From positions 64,001-128,000 of the forward strand of contig JBGPIA010000002.1 in NCBI GenBank assembly GCA_041484665.1: a stretch of DNA of 64,000 nucleotides, read 5' to 3'. The stretch's first letter is position 1. Every line of letters begins with the position of its first letter. A program made the translations under genes and the position numbers. Source of the DNA: Candidatus Krumholzibacteriia bacterium (GTDB lineage: Bacteria > Krumholzibacteriota > Krumholzibacteriia > JAJRXK01). The notes under the pieces were generated by a model. That model was not told the origin of the DNA. It ran no database searches and saw only the letters and a program-made list of their open reading frames with translations. Positions 36,036 through 45,424 of this stretch are shown here, in pieces.

Positions 36036-37007
36036 ATGCGCGCGCCGATCCGCCGAGCATTTCCGCTGGTCGTGGGCGCCCGGGTGCCGGGTGTCCATGT
36101 CGCCGTGCCCCTGCTGGTGGCGGCATTGCTGCTGTGGGGAGCATCGCTCACCTTTGCCCAGGCGCCGGCCGCCAAAGCCGCGCGGCCACCGGCGGCGTCC
36201 CTTCCCCAGAGCGCGCCACCCGCCGTCGCCGCCCCGGCGGCACAGCCTTCGGCCGAGGCGGCGACGGCTACGGGCGCGGGGGGCGCCGTCGCTGCTGGCC
36301 AGGCCACGCCGCCCAAGCCGGCCAAGGGCGGCGGCGGCAAGGTGGTGCTGTCAGTCGAAGGCGCCGATGACGGTCAGCTGGGCCTGACGGTCCAGATCGT
36401 CCTGCTCATGACGGTGCTGAGCCTGGCGCCGGCCATCGTCATGCTCACCACCAGCTTCACCCGCATCCTGATCGTGCTGGCGTTCCTGCGCCAGGCCATT
36501 GGCACGCAGCAGATGCCCAGCAATCAGATCCTGGTGGGGCTCTCGCTCTTCCTGTCGCTGGTGGTGATGGGTCCGGTGGCCGAGCAGATCAAGGGCAGCG
36601 CGCTCGATCCCTACCTGGCCAAGGAGATCACCCAGAAGGAGGCGGTGCACCGCGCGGTGGAGCCGATCCGCCACTTCATGCTGCACAACACCAGGGAGAA
36701 GGACCTGCAGCTGTTCGTGGACCTGAGTCACGCGCCTCGCCCCGACTCGCCCGAGGCGCTGCCCATGTCGGTGGTGGTGCCGGGCTTCCTCACCAGCGAG
36801 CTCAAGACCGCGTTCCAGATGGGCTTCCTCATCTACCTGCCATTCCTGGTCGTGGACATGGTCGTGGCATCGGTGCTCATGAGCATGGGGATGATGATGC
36901 TGCCGCCGGTCTTGATCTCGCTGCCGTTCAAAGTGCTGCTGTTCGTCATGGTCGACGGATGGCACCTGGCCATCAAGAGCCTGGTGAGCAGCTTCCACAC
37001 GACCTGA
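36036..37007 (+). CDS. fliP: Export gate protein FliP
   Basis: LMTVLSLAPAI...TSFTRI.IVL.FLRQAIGTQQ.P.NQILVGL, SELKTAFQMGF.IYLPFLVVD.VVASVLMSMGMMMLPP. Start codon uncertain. Confidence 0.96.
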   Translation: MRAPIRRAFPLVVGARVPGVHVAVPLLVAALLLWGASLTFAQAPAAKAARPPAASLPQSAPPAVAAPAAQPSAEAATATGAGGAVAAGQATPPKPAKGGGGKVVLSVEGADDGQLGLTVQIVLLMTVLSLAPAIVMLTTSFTRILIVLAFLRQAIGTQQMPSNQILVGLSLFLSLVVMGPVAEQIKGSALDPYLAKEITQKEAVHRAVEPIRHFMLHNTREKDLQLFVDLSHAPRPDSPEALPMSVVVPGFLTSELKTAFQMGFLIYLPFLVVDMVVASVLMSMGMMMLPPVLISLPFKVLLFVMVDGWHLAIKSLVSSFHTT

Positions 37008-37033
37008 GCCGCCCGCGGGCGGTGGGAGGTGAC

Positions 37034-37306
37034 ATGAACGCCGAGGCTGTGATCGACGTGGCGCGCGACGCACTGTGGACGCTGCTGTTGGTCTCCATGC
37101 CGATGCTGCTGGTGGGGATGCTGGTGGGCCTGGTGATCTCGATCCTGCAGGCTGCCACCCAGATCAACGAGATGACCATGACATTCGTGCCGAAGATGAT
37201 CGCGGTGTTCCTCACGATGCTGCTGCTGCTGCCGTGGCTGCTGTCGCACATGATGGCCTTCACCGAGCGCATCTTCGCCCGCATCGCCGCGGTGGGCGGA
37301 CCGTGA
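37034..37306 (+). CDS. fliQ: Export gate protein FliQ
   Basis: VGLVISILQAATQINEMT.TFVPK. Confidence 0.96.
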   Translation: MNAEAVIDVARDALWTLLLVSMPMLLVGMLVGLVISILQAATQINEMTMTFVPKMIAVFLTMLLLLPWLLSHMMAFTERIFARIAAVGGP

Positions 37307-38088
37307 CCCTCACCCTGGATCTCGCGCCGCTGCTGCTGGGAGGACTCGCCGCCGTGCGGGTCCTCACCTTCTTGATGGCGGTGCCCGCGCTGGGCATCAA
37401 AGCGGTGCCCGTGGCGGTGAAGGTCGGGCTGGCCCTGTGGGTCACCGCCGGCCTGTTGCCGCAGGTGGTGGCCCAGGGCGCCGCCGTTCCCAGCGCGCCC
37501 GGGCCGCTGGCCTTGGCCGTGGCGGCGGAATTCGCCATCGGGCTGCTGCTGGCCATGGTCGTGGCGTTCGCCATCGGCGCGGTGCAGCTGGCGGGGGAGA
37601 TCGTCGGGCTGCAGATCGGCTTTGGGATCGTCAACGTGATCGACCCGATGAGCCAGCTGCAGGTTTCGGTGCTGGGTCAGCTGTACTACATGCTGGCCGC
37701 GCTGGTGTTCGTCGGGATGGACGGGCCTGCCATCGTGCTGCGCGGCATCGCCGCCAGCTTCTCCGCCCTGCCTCCCGGCGGCATGGCGGTGCGTAGCGCC
37801 GGCGTGGCCGCGCTGGTTCTCTCGTTCTCGGGCGTGTTCAGCGCGGCGCTGCGCATGTCCCTACCGCCGGTCGTGGCGCTGCTGCTGGTGAGCCTGGCCA
37901 TGGGCATCGTGGGGCGCACCGTCCCGCAGCTCAACATCCTGGTCGTGGGCTTTCCCGTCCGCATCGCCGTGGGTCTCTTGATCCTGGCGGCGAGTCTGCC
38001 GCTGCTGACGCGGGCGGTGTCCGCCGCCCTGGGTGGCCTCGACGGGCAGCTGGTGGGGATGGCCTGGGGTCTGGCCCCCGCGAGGTAG
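37303..38088 (+). CDS. fliR: Export gate protein FliR
   Basis: AGEIVG.QIGFG..NVIDP, GIVGRTVPQLNI.VVGFP; multiple TM segments. Confidence 0.95.
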   Translation: MTLTLDLAPLLLGGLAAVRVLTFLMAVPALGIKAVPVAVKVGLALWVTAGLLPQVVAQGAAVPSAPGPLALAVAAEFAIGLLLAMVVAFAIGAVQLAGEIVGLQIGFGIVNVIDPMSQLQVSVLGQLYYMLAALVFVGMDGPAIVLRGIAASFSALPPGGMAVRSAGVAALVLSFSGVFSAALRMSLPPVVALLLVSLAMGIVGRTVPQLNILVVGFPVRIAVGLLILAASLPLLTRAVSAALGGLDGQLVGMAWGLAPAR

Positions 38089-38094
38089 TCGAGG

Positions 38095-39237
38095 ATGGCC
38101 GAGGATCTGGCCGGCGACCGCACCGAGCAGGCGACCCCAAAACGCCGCGACGAGGCGCGCGAGCGCGGGCAGGTGCCGCGCAGCCAGGAGGTCAATTCCA
38201 CCATCGTGCTCCTGGGTGGTGGGCTGGTGACGCTGGCATGCTTGGGCTGGATGGGTCAGGGCTTCGCTCGATTGAGCCGCGTGTGCTTCGGCGGGCTGGA
38301 CGGGGTCCGGCTGGAAAGCCGTGGGGATGGCGTGACCGCGCTTCGACTATTGGCCAGGGAATCGGGCGTCATCCTGTGGCCGGTGCTGCTCGCGACCCTC
38401 GTGTTCGCCACTGGATCGGCCGCTGCGCAGGTGGGTTGGCGCTTCTCCACCAAGGCGCTGGCGTTTCGTACGGAGCGCCTCAATCCGCTCGAGGGCCTCA
38501 AGCGCATGGTCAGCCGTCAGGTGCTGTTCGAGCTGGCCAAGAACTTGGCCAAGACGGCGCTGCTCGGCTGGATCGCGGCCGCCACCCTCCAGACTTCGCT
38601 GCCCCACGTGCTGGACCTGACTGGCATGGGCGAGCACGACGGCTGGATGGAAGTCGCCGCCATGGTGCGCACGCTGATGCTGCGCACGCTGCTCGTGCTC
38701 GCGGTGCTGGCCACCGCCGACCTGGTGTGGCAGCGCCGGCGTCACGAGGAATCGCTGAAGATGAGCAAGACCGAGCTGCGGCAGGAGGCCAAGGACAGCG
38801 AAGGCGATCCCCAGATCAAGGCGCGGCTGCGGGCGCTGCAGCTGGACGCGGCACGCCGGCGCATGATGGCCGACGTGAAGAAGGCCGACGTCGTGGTGGT
38901 CAATCCGACGCATCTGGCCGTCGCGCTGCTCTATGACCGCGGCGAGCCCGCGCCACAGGTGGTGGCCAAGGGCCGGGGTCTGCTGGCCGCGCGCATCGTT
39001 TCGGTCGCGCATGAGGCGCGCGTGCCGGTGATCCAGAACATTCCGTTGGCGCAGGCCCTGTTCAAGGCCTGCCGTATCGGTGACTTCGTCCCGGTGAAGC
39101 TGTACCAGGCCGTGGCGGAGGTGCTGGCGGCGGTCTACCGCGCCAGCCGCAAAGCCGGCCGCCCCGCCAGCCCCGCCGCGCCACGCGCGACCGGCAGGCC
39201 GGGCCGGCGCGCGGCGCGGCAGGCGCGGGGAGCGTAG
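38095..39237 (+). CDS. flhB: Export switch protein FlhB
   Basis: RTEQATPKRR.EARERGQVPRS.E, LKMSK.E...E.K.SEGDP.IK, intact NPTH autocleavage site. Confidence 0.97.
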   Translation: MAEDLAGDRTEQATPKRRDEARERGQVPRSQEVNSTIVLLGGGLVTLACLGWMGQGFARLSRVCFGGLDGVRLESRGDGVTALRLLARESGVILWPVLLATLVFATGSAAAQVGWRFSTKALAFRTERLNPLEGLKRMVSRQVLFELAKNLAKTALLGWIAAATLQTSLPHVLDLTGMGEHDGWMEVAAMVRTLMLRTLLVLAVLATADLVWQRRRHEESLKMSKTELRQEAKDSEGDPQIKARLRALQLDAARRRMMADVKKADVVVVNPTHLAVALLYDRGEPAPQVVAKGRGLLAARIVSVAHEARVPVIQNIPLAQALFKACRIGDFVPVKLYQAVAEVLAAVYRASRKAGRPASPAAPRATGRPGRRAARQARGA

Positions 39238-39240
39238 GCG

Positions 39241-41388
39241 ATGGCCGGCGAGCCCCGCGGTCTCACCAGCGACCTGATCCTGTCCCACACCAACGTGTTC
39301 GCGGCGCTGGCGTTGGTGGGCGTGCTGGCGCTCATGATCGTCCCGATCCCCACACCGCTCCTGGACGTGCTGCTGACGTTCGACATCGCCGTGGCGATGG
39401 TGGTGCTGCTGGTCACCGTCTACCTCAAGCAGCCGCTGGAGTTCTCCGTCTTCCCGTCGCTGTTACTGATCGTCACGCTGTTCCGCCTGTCGCTCAACAT
39501 CGCCAGCACGCGCCTGATCCTCACCAACGGCGACGCGGGGCGGGTGATCGAGGCCTTCGGCCACTTCGTCGTGGGCGGCAACTATGTCATCGGCACCATC
39601 GTGTTCGTGATCCTGGTCGTGGTGAACTTCGTCGTGATCACCAAGGGCGCGGGCCGCATCGCCGAGGTCGCCGCCCGCTTCACCCTCGACGCCATGCCTG
39701 GCAAGCAGATGGCCATCGACGCCGATCTCAACTCCGGACTGATCACCGAGGCGCAGGCGCGTACGCGCCGCGAGCGCATCGCGCGCGAGGCGGAGTTCTA
39801 CGGCGCCATGGACGGCGCGAGCAAGTTCGTGCGCGGCGACGCTGTGGCCGGCATCGTCATCACCCTGGTCAACGTGGTCGGCGGGCTGGTGATCGGGGTC
39901 GTGCAGCACGGGCTGCCGCTGGGCGAGGCCGCGCGCCGCTACACGCTGCTGACGATCGGCGACGGGCTGGTCACCCAGGTGCCTGCGCTGGTGGTGAGCA
40001 CCGCGGCCGGAATGCTCGTGACCCGCTCGGCCAGCGACTTCAGCCTGGGCGAAGACATCTCGCGCCAGATCCTGCGCGACCCGCGGGCATTGTTCGCCAG
40101 CGCCGGAGCGCTCTTGGCGTTCGCCGCGATCCCCGGACTGCCCGCCGTGCCTTTCCTGCTGCTGGCGGGGGGCACGGCCGTCGCGGCATACGTCTCGCAG
40201 GGCCGGCGCAAGCGCGACGCGCAGCGGGAGCAGAAAGAGCTCGAGGCGACCGAGGCGGTTGCGGAGCAGGCACCGTCCGCGCCGGCTGGCGAGGAGATCT
40301 TCGTGGTGGACCGTCTCGAGCTGGAGATCGGCTACGGCCTGATTCCGCTGGTGGACGCCACGCGCGGCGGCGACCTGCTCACACGGGTCACGAACGTCCG
40401 CCACAAGACCGGCGCCGAGCTTGGCATGCAGGTGGCGCCGATCCGCATCCGCGACAACCTCCAGCTGTCGCCGCAGGAGTACGCCATCAAGCTCAAGGGC
40501 GTGGAGATCGGCCGCTTCGCCCTGCGCACGGACGCGCTGCTGGCCATGCGCGCCAAGGAAGGTGGGACCCAGATCGAGGGGACTGCGACGACCGAGCCGG
40601 CCTTCCATCTGCCCGCACGGTGGATCAAGCCCGAGCATCGCGCTGCCGCCGAGCTGGCGGGGTACACCGTGGTCGAGCCCAGCGCCGTCGTCGCCACGCA
40701 CCTCACCGAGGTGATCCGGGCCCACGGCGACGAGATCCTCACGCGCCAGGACGTCAAGGAGATGATCGAGCGCCTCAAGGCCCACGCGCCCGCCCTGGTC
40801 GAGGAGCTGTTCCCCGAGAAGATCAGTCTCACGCTGCTCCACGGCGTGCTGCGCGGGCTGCTGCACGAGCGTGTGCCGGTGCGCGACATGGTGACGATCC
40901 TGGAAACCCTCGCCTCGGCCGTGGGGGCCACCAACAACGTCGAAGCGCTGGTGGAGCGCGTGCGCGAGGCGCTGGCGCGCAGCCTCTCCAGCCAGCACTG
41001 CGACGCCACGCGGACGTTGTGGTCCATCACGGTCCATCCCGAGACGGAGCAGGCGCTCTACGTGGCATTCCACGAGTCGGAGCGGACCGGCAGCGTGGTG
41101 ATGGACCCCGGTCTCGCCGAGCGGTTCGTCACCGCGCTCGGCGCGTGCGTGGAGCGCACGATCCGCGCCGGGCGCACGCCTTTGCTCTTGGTCTCCAGTC
41201 CAATCCGGCCGTTCACGCGACGCCTGATCGAGGCGTCGTTCCCCACGGTGGCGGTGCTCGGCTACACCGAGATCGCCGCCGGCTACCAGGTACGTTCGCT
41301 TGGGACGGTGATTGCTCATGCCAAGCCAGAATCCACTTCCGCTGCCCTCCAGCAGGCCGCCGCGTACGCGGGCGGTGCGCGCCGCTAG
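39241..41388 (+). CDS. flhA: Export protein FlhA
   Basis: FSVFPSLLL..TLFRLSLN.ASTR, RIAEVAARFTLDAMPGKQMAIDADL, FYGAMDGASKFVRGDA, LLTIGDGLV.Q.P, IRIRDN. Confidence 0.98.
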   Translation: MAGEPRGLTSDLILSHTNVFAALALVGVLALMIVPIPTPLLDVLLTFDIAVAMVVLLVTVYLKQPLEFSVFPSLLLIVTLFRLSLNIASTRLILTNGDAGRVIEAFGHFVVGGNYVIGTIVFVILVVVNFVVITKGAGRIAEVAARFTLDAMPGKQMAIDADLNSGLITEAQARTRRERIAREAEFYGAMDGASKFVRGDAVAGIVITLVNVVGGLVIGVVQHGLPLGEAARRYTLLTIGDGLVTQVPALVVSTAAGMLVTRSASDFSLGEDISRQILRDPRALFASAGALLAFAAIPGLPAVPFLLLAGGTAVAAYVSQGRRKRDAQREQKELEATEAVAEQAPSAPAGEEIFVVDRLELEIGYGLIPLVDATRGGDLLTRVTNVRHKTGAELGMQVAPIRIRDNLQLSPQEYAIKLKGVEIGRFALRTDALLAMRAKEGGTQIEGTATTEPAFHLPARWIKPEHRAAAELAGYTVVEPSAVVATHLTEVIRAHGDEILTRQDVKEMIERLKAHAPALVEELFPEKISLTLLHGVLRGLLHERVPVRDMVTILETLASAVGATNNVEALVERVREALARSLSSQHCDATRTLWSITVHPETEQALYVAFHESERTGSVVMDPGLAERFVTALGACVERTIRAGRTPLLLVSSPIRPFTRRLIEASFPTVAVLGYTEIAAGYQVRSLGTVIAHAKPESTSAALQQAAAYAGGARR

Positions 41389-42490
41389 CCTGCACCGGGC
41401 TCTCGAGCAGGTGCGGCTAGCCTACGGCCCGGACGCGCTGGTCCTGCAGACGCGCAACGTGGTGTCGCGCGCGCAGCACGGCCTGGCGCCGCAGACGGAG
41501 GTCGAGGTGATCGTCGCCGACCCCGCAGCCGGCGAGGAGCTCGGCCCGTACTCCGTGGCGGGGCCGCTGGTCGCTGCGCCGGTGGACGCCGACGCGCAGG
41601 ACGGGCCGGATGGGGGCGCGAGCGGGGAGCTTGCGCGCCAGCTCGCGCGCCTGGAGCGGTTGGCGTACCGCGTGGAGGAGATGTCCGCCGCGCTGTCGCC
41701 GGCTGCGGAGCTGGCACAGGGCTACCCGCTTGCCGACCGCCTGCGGGCCGCAGGCGCCGGTGAGGCGACGGTCCGGCACGTCGCGGCCTCGTTCGCGCTG
41801 GCGGCCCGCGGGGCCGCGCCCACCGAGGCGCTGGCCCGCCGGCACCTGGGCACCTTCCTGCGCACCACGCGTGCGGCGTCCTTCGCGCAGATCCGCGGCG
41901 AGCACTGGCTGCTCGGCCGCGCCGGCGTCGGGAAGACGACGCTCGCGCTGCACCTGGCGGCCCAGCTGCAGCGCGCCGGGCGCAAGCCGGCGGTCGTGGC
42001 ACTCGCGCCGCGCCACGATGGGGACGTGCGCCGCATCGAAGCGGCAGCCCAGGCGCTGGCGATCCCGGCGGGCGCGGCCTTCGACGCGACGGAGCTGGAG
42101 AGCCTGCGCGAGCAGCTGACCGGCTGCGACGTCGTGGTGGTGGACACTCCGTGCTGCATCAGCCGTACGTTGCCGGCGCTACCGCCGTCGCCCGCCTACC
42201 GCCATCTGGTGGTCCCGCGCGGCGAGGACCCGCAACAGCTGCGCGACCTGCTGGAGGCCATTGACGGCTGGACGCCGGATACCCTCTCCGTGTCCATGCG
42301 CGATCTGTCGCGCCGCCCCGGGCGGCTCTTGGACTTCGTGCGCGAGCTGGCGCGGCCCGTTGCATTTTTCCAGGGAGTCTTCGCCGGGGCGGTACAGCTC
42401 CGGCTCGCTTCGGCGCAGGATCTGCTGGAGGAAGTGCTGGGTGCCGACGCGGCTCCCGCTCCGCGGAGTCTGGTCGCGGCCGGTGCCTAA
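41318..42490 (+). CDS. flhF: FlhF-like SRP-family GTPase with degenerate motifs
   Basis: N-terminal AL.QVR..YGPDALVL.TR (FlhF B-domain start) and P-loop GRAGVGKTT. Later G motifs are altered (DTPC, SMRD). Follows and overlaps flhA. Confidence 0.78.
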   Translation: MPSQNPLPLPSSRPPRTRAVRAASLHRALEQVRLAYGPDALVLQTRNVVSRAQHGLAPQTEVEVIVADPAAGEELGPYSVAGPLVAAPVDADAQDGPDGGASGELARQLARLERLAYRVEEMSAALSPAAELAQGYPLADRLRAAGAGEATVRHVAASFALAARGAAPTEALARRHLGTFLRTTRAASFAQIRGEHWLLGRAGVGKTTLALHLAAQLQRAGRKPAVVALAPRHDGDVRRIEAAAQALAIPAGAAFDATELESLREQLTGCDVVVVDTPCCISRTLPALPPSPAYRHLVVPRGEDPQQLRDLLEAIDGWTPDTLSVSMRDLSRRPGRLLDFVRELARPVAFFQGVFAGAVQLRLASAQDLLEEVLGADAAPAPRSLVAAGA

Positions 42491-42496
42491 GGGGAC

Positions 42497-42751
42497 ATGC
42501 TGCAGCTGCTTGTCAACGTCGTGGCCCTGGTCGGCGCGCTGGCTGCCTTGCTGTCGGGCATGGCGCGCGGAGCTCCGCTGGCCAGCGTGCTGAAACGGAC
42601 GCTGGTGGGCTATCTGGTCGTGTACGCCGCGGCGGCAGTCTTTGCCGCCCTGGTGCGGGTCGGGCTCGCCAGCAATGGTCGCACCGAGGCGGACACGCCC
42701 GGGCGCGGCCGGGCAGCGCGAGGGACCGGTGGCACAAATACTGCTGACTGA
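42497..42751 (+). CDS. Small two-TM hypothetical protein
   Basis: AAGGGG RBS and two hydrophobic segments. Occupies the flhF-fliA gap. Confidence 0.55.
   Translation: MLQLLVNVVALVGALAALLSGMARGAPLASVLKRTLVGYLVVYAAAAVFAALVRVGLASNGRTEADTPGRGRAARGTGGTNTAD
42730..42745 (+). promoter_or_regulatory. Sigma54 promoter upstream of fliA
   Basis: TGGCAC-AAATA-CTGCT (GG-N10-GC), about 65 bp before the fliA ATG. Confidence 0.75.
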
Positions 42752-42809
42752 AGCTGGTAAGCGCACGTTTCTTCTACACTTCGGGCTCGCCTAGCGGTGG
42801 ACGCGGTTC

Positions 42810-43745
42810 ATGGAGAAGGCAGACTCCTCGGCGCACATCGACTCGCTGTGGGCCGCGCTGCGAGGGCCCGAGCGTGAGAGCGCCCGCCGCCGTTTGGTCG
42901 AGCACTACGTCGGCCTGGTCAAGTTCGTCGCAAGCCGGCTGGCGGTCGGCCTCCCGCACTACGTCGAGTTCACCGATCTCTGCAGCGCGGGCCTGCTGGG
43001 GCTCATCCAGGCCATCGACCATTTCGATGTGAGCCGCGGCTACAAGTTCGAGACCTACGCCGTCCCCCGCATCCGCGGCGCGATCCTCGACGAGCTGCGC
43101 GCCCAGGACTGGTTCCCGCGCAGCCTGCGCCGCAAGGCGCGGCGGCTCGAGAAGGCCTACGCCACACTGGAGTCGCGCCTGGGGCGCGCCGCCACCGACA
43201 ACGAGGTGTCGCGCGAGCTGGGGGTGCCCCTGGCGGAGTTTCACCGCCTCGTGGCGCAGGTCTCGGTTGCCACGATCGTCTCCCTGGACGCGGACACGCA
43301 GCAAGACGAGCGCGGCAGCCTGGCGCGCCTGAGCGAGACCGTGCCCGACACCCAGGGCGAGCACCCCGAGCAGGCGCTGGCAGACCGGGAGCTGCGCGAG
43401 GTGCTGTCGCAGACGCTCGCCGAGCTGCCCGAAAAGGAGCAGCTGGTCCTGACGCTGTACTACTACGAGGAGCTGTCCCTCAAGGAGATCGGGGCGATCC
43501 TCGAGGTCACCGAGTCGCGCGTCTGCCAGATCCACACCAAGGCCATCTTCCGCTTGCGCGGAAAAGTCTCAAGGAAACTGAGCGAGAAGCCGATCTGGCG
43601 CCTGGGGAAGGAGGTGGCGGGGAGCCGGGCCCTGGAGCGGTCCCCGGGTGAGGGGGTCGTTTCGAGCGGCGCTCGGGTGGTCATCGGGGCGGCGATCTGC
43701 GCCGGCCTGTGGGCCTGCCGCATTGGGGGGCAGGTCCTGTCATAG
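42810..43745 (+). CDS. fliA: RNA polymerase sigma28 factor FliA/WhiG
   Basis: DL.SAGL.GLI.AI..FD..RG.KFETYA..RIRGAILDELRAQDW.PRS.R, LYYYEELSLKEIG.IL.VTESRVCQIH. Confidence 0.97.
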   Translation: MEKADSSAHIDSLWAALRGPERESARRRLVEHYVGLVKFVASRLAVGLPHYVEFTDLCSAGLLGLIQAIDHFDVSRGYKFETYAVPRIRGAILDELRAQDWFPRSLRRKARRLEKAYATLESRLGRAATDNEVSRELGVPLAEFHRLVAQVSVATIVSLDADTQQDERGSLARLSETVPDTQGEHPEQALADRELREVLSQTLAELPEKEQLVLTLYYYEELSLKEIGAILEVTESRVCQIHTKAIFRLRGKVSRKLSEKPIWRLGKEVAGSRALERSPGEGVVSSGARVVIGAAICAGLWACRIGGQVLS

Positions 43746-43773
43746 CACGGCAGCACCGCGCGAGGAGGCGGCC

Positions 43774-44100
43774 GTGGGGGACTCGATCGGAATCCAGACG
43801 ACCCTCGCCCAGTCGGGCAACGTCTCGCGAATCCAGCAGGGCCAGCAGGTCCCTGGCAACGCCGACGAGCCGTTTGCCCACAAGCTCCGCGAGGCGGAGC
43901 ACCCGGACTCGGCGCTGCTACGCGACGTGCGGGAGTCCGAGCGCGCGGCGATCCGCGAGCGCGAGCGCAAGCGGCGGCAGGAGGCGAAGCGGCGGCGAGA
44001 CCAGGAGCACGCGCGGTCCCAGGAGCTGGCTCGTCAGGCGGAGCAACGCGAGTCGGCGCCGCAAAGTGCAAGCGGTCACCACGTGGATGTGAAGGTATAG
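43774..44100 (+). CDS. Flagellar-cluster hypothetical protein
   Basis: GAGGAGG RBS with GTG start. Q-rich N-terminus, charged middle, and a G..VDVKV C-terminus of the kind seen in small flagellar-locus proteins. Confidence 0.6.
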   Translation: MGDSIGIQTTLAQSGNVSRIQQGQQVPGNADEPFAHKLREAEHPDSALLRDVRESERAAIRERERKRRQEAKRRRDQEHARSQELARQAEQRESAPQSASGHHVDVKV

Positions 44101-44103
44101 GAC

Positions 44104-44532
44104 GTGCTGGAGAAGACGGCAGAGTGGATCGGAGCCCAGTCGGGATGGCTGGGCACCGCGGCGCTGGCCCTGATCGGGCTGGGCGTGACGGTTCTGATCG
44201 CCACGTTCGTCGGATTCCTGCGCGGCCGTGTGGGAGCGGCGGCGGCGATGGGGAGCCTGCTCGACGTGAGCGTCGACGACCCCCTGCCGCAGGCGACCGC
44301 GGCGGGGCCCACGGGCGGCCCCCACCGCCGGGCTGCCGCCCAACCGGAGCTGCAGCAGTTCACCGAGACGATGGCGCGGCGGCTGGACGCCATCGAGCAT
44401 CATCTGGAGGTGCTCGCGTTGCGGCTGCCGCACGCTGCCGCGGGCGCGGTCCCGCGCGCAGCCGGGTCGGGACGCAGCGCGCAGGTCTCGCTGGAGGCCG
44501 CGGCGCTGCGCCAGGCGGCCGGCCGGCACTAG
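44104..44532 (+). CDS. Hypothetical single-pass membrane protein
   Basis: N-terminal TM (WLGTAALALIGLGVTVLIATFVGFL) and a short coiled coil. Tightly packed in the operon. Confidence 0.55.
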   Translation: MLEKTAEWIGAQSGWLGTAALALIGLGVTVLIATFVGFLRGRVGAAAAMGSLLDVSVDDPLPQATAAGPTGGPHRRAAAQPELQQFTETMARRLDAIEHHLEVLALRLPHAAAGAVPRAAGSGRSAQVSLEAAALRQAAGRH

Positions 44533-44562
44533 CCCGTCGCTTTGGAAGAACGAGGAGCGACC

Positions 44563-45411
44563 GTGGAGACGACGGAGCTTCGCGACATCATCATGAACGC
44601 TCGGGACCTGCCGGCGATGCCCCACGTCGCCAGCAAGGTGCTCGAGCTTGCCGGCAGCCCCGACACCACGGCGCAGAAGCTCCAGCAGGTCATCTCCGAC
44701 GACCAGGCCATGGCGGCGCGCATCCTCAAGATCGCCAACTCCGCGCTCTACGCCTGCAGCCGCAAGATCAAGACGCTGACCGAAGCCATCGTCATGCTGG
44801 GGTTCAACACCATCCGCAGCCTGGTCGTCACCAGCGCCGCGCGGAACATGTACCTGCAGGACAACAAGACGATGGGGCTCAAGGAGCGGCTCTTGTGGGA
44901 GCACTCCATCGGCTGCGCCATCGGGTGCCGGATCCTCGTATCTCCGCGCCACCCGCAGCTGGCCGAGGAGGCGTTCCTGGCCGGGCTGATGCACGACATC
45001 GGCAAGCTGGTCCTGAACCAGTACGCTGGCGACAAGTTCGACGAGATCGTCCAGACGGTCTACAACGACGCCCAGCAGTTCTGCGACGTCGAGCGCGAGC
45101 TGCTCGGGTTCGACCACACCGAGGTCGGGGCGATGCTGGTGAACAAGTGGAAGCTCTCCATGCAGCTCGAGGAGGTCATCCGCTTCCACCACACGCCAGA
45201 GAAGTTTACCGACGAGCGCCTGATCCTCTGCTACCTGGACATGGCGAACAACCTCTGCAAGCGCGAGGGCATCGGCTTCGTGGAGCGCCCGGACCTCGAT
45301 CTGGCTGGCCTCCAGAGCAACGCAGTCCTGAAGCTCTCCGCCGATGAGATCGAGAGGCAGGCGGATCAGTTGCGTCGCACCCTTGAATCGGAGATGGAGA
45401 TCTTTGTCTAA
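44563..45411 (+). CDS. HDOD domain protein
   Basis: LPAMP.V..KVL, D.AMAARILKIANSA.Y, AIV.LGF, LWEHS, AGLMHDIGKL, ER..LGFDH.EVG. Confidence 0.92.
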   Translation: METTELRDIIMNARDLPAMPHVASKVLELAGSPDTTAQKLQQVISDDQAMAARILKIANSALYACSRKIKTLTEAIVMLGFNTIRSLVVTSAARNMYLQDNKTMGLKERLLWEHSIGCAIGCRILVSPRHPQLAEEAFLAGLMHDIGKLVLNQYAGDKFDEIVQTVYNDAQQFCDVERELLGFDHTEVGAMLVNKWKLSMQLEEVIRFHHTPEKFTDERLILCYLDMANNLCKREGIGFVERPDLDLAGLQSNAVLKLSADEIERQADQLRRTLESEMEIFV

Positions 45412-45424
45412 CGCAACGACATCG

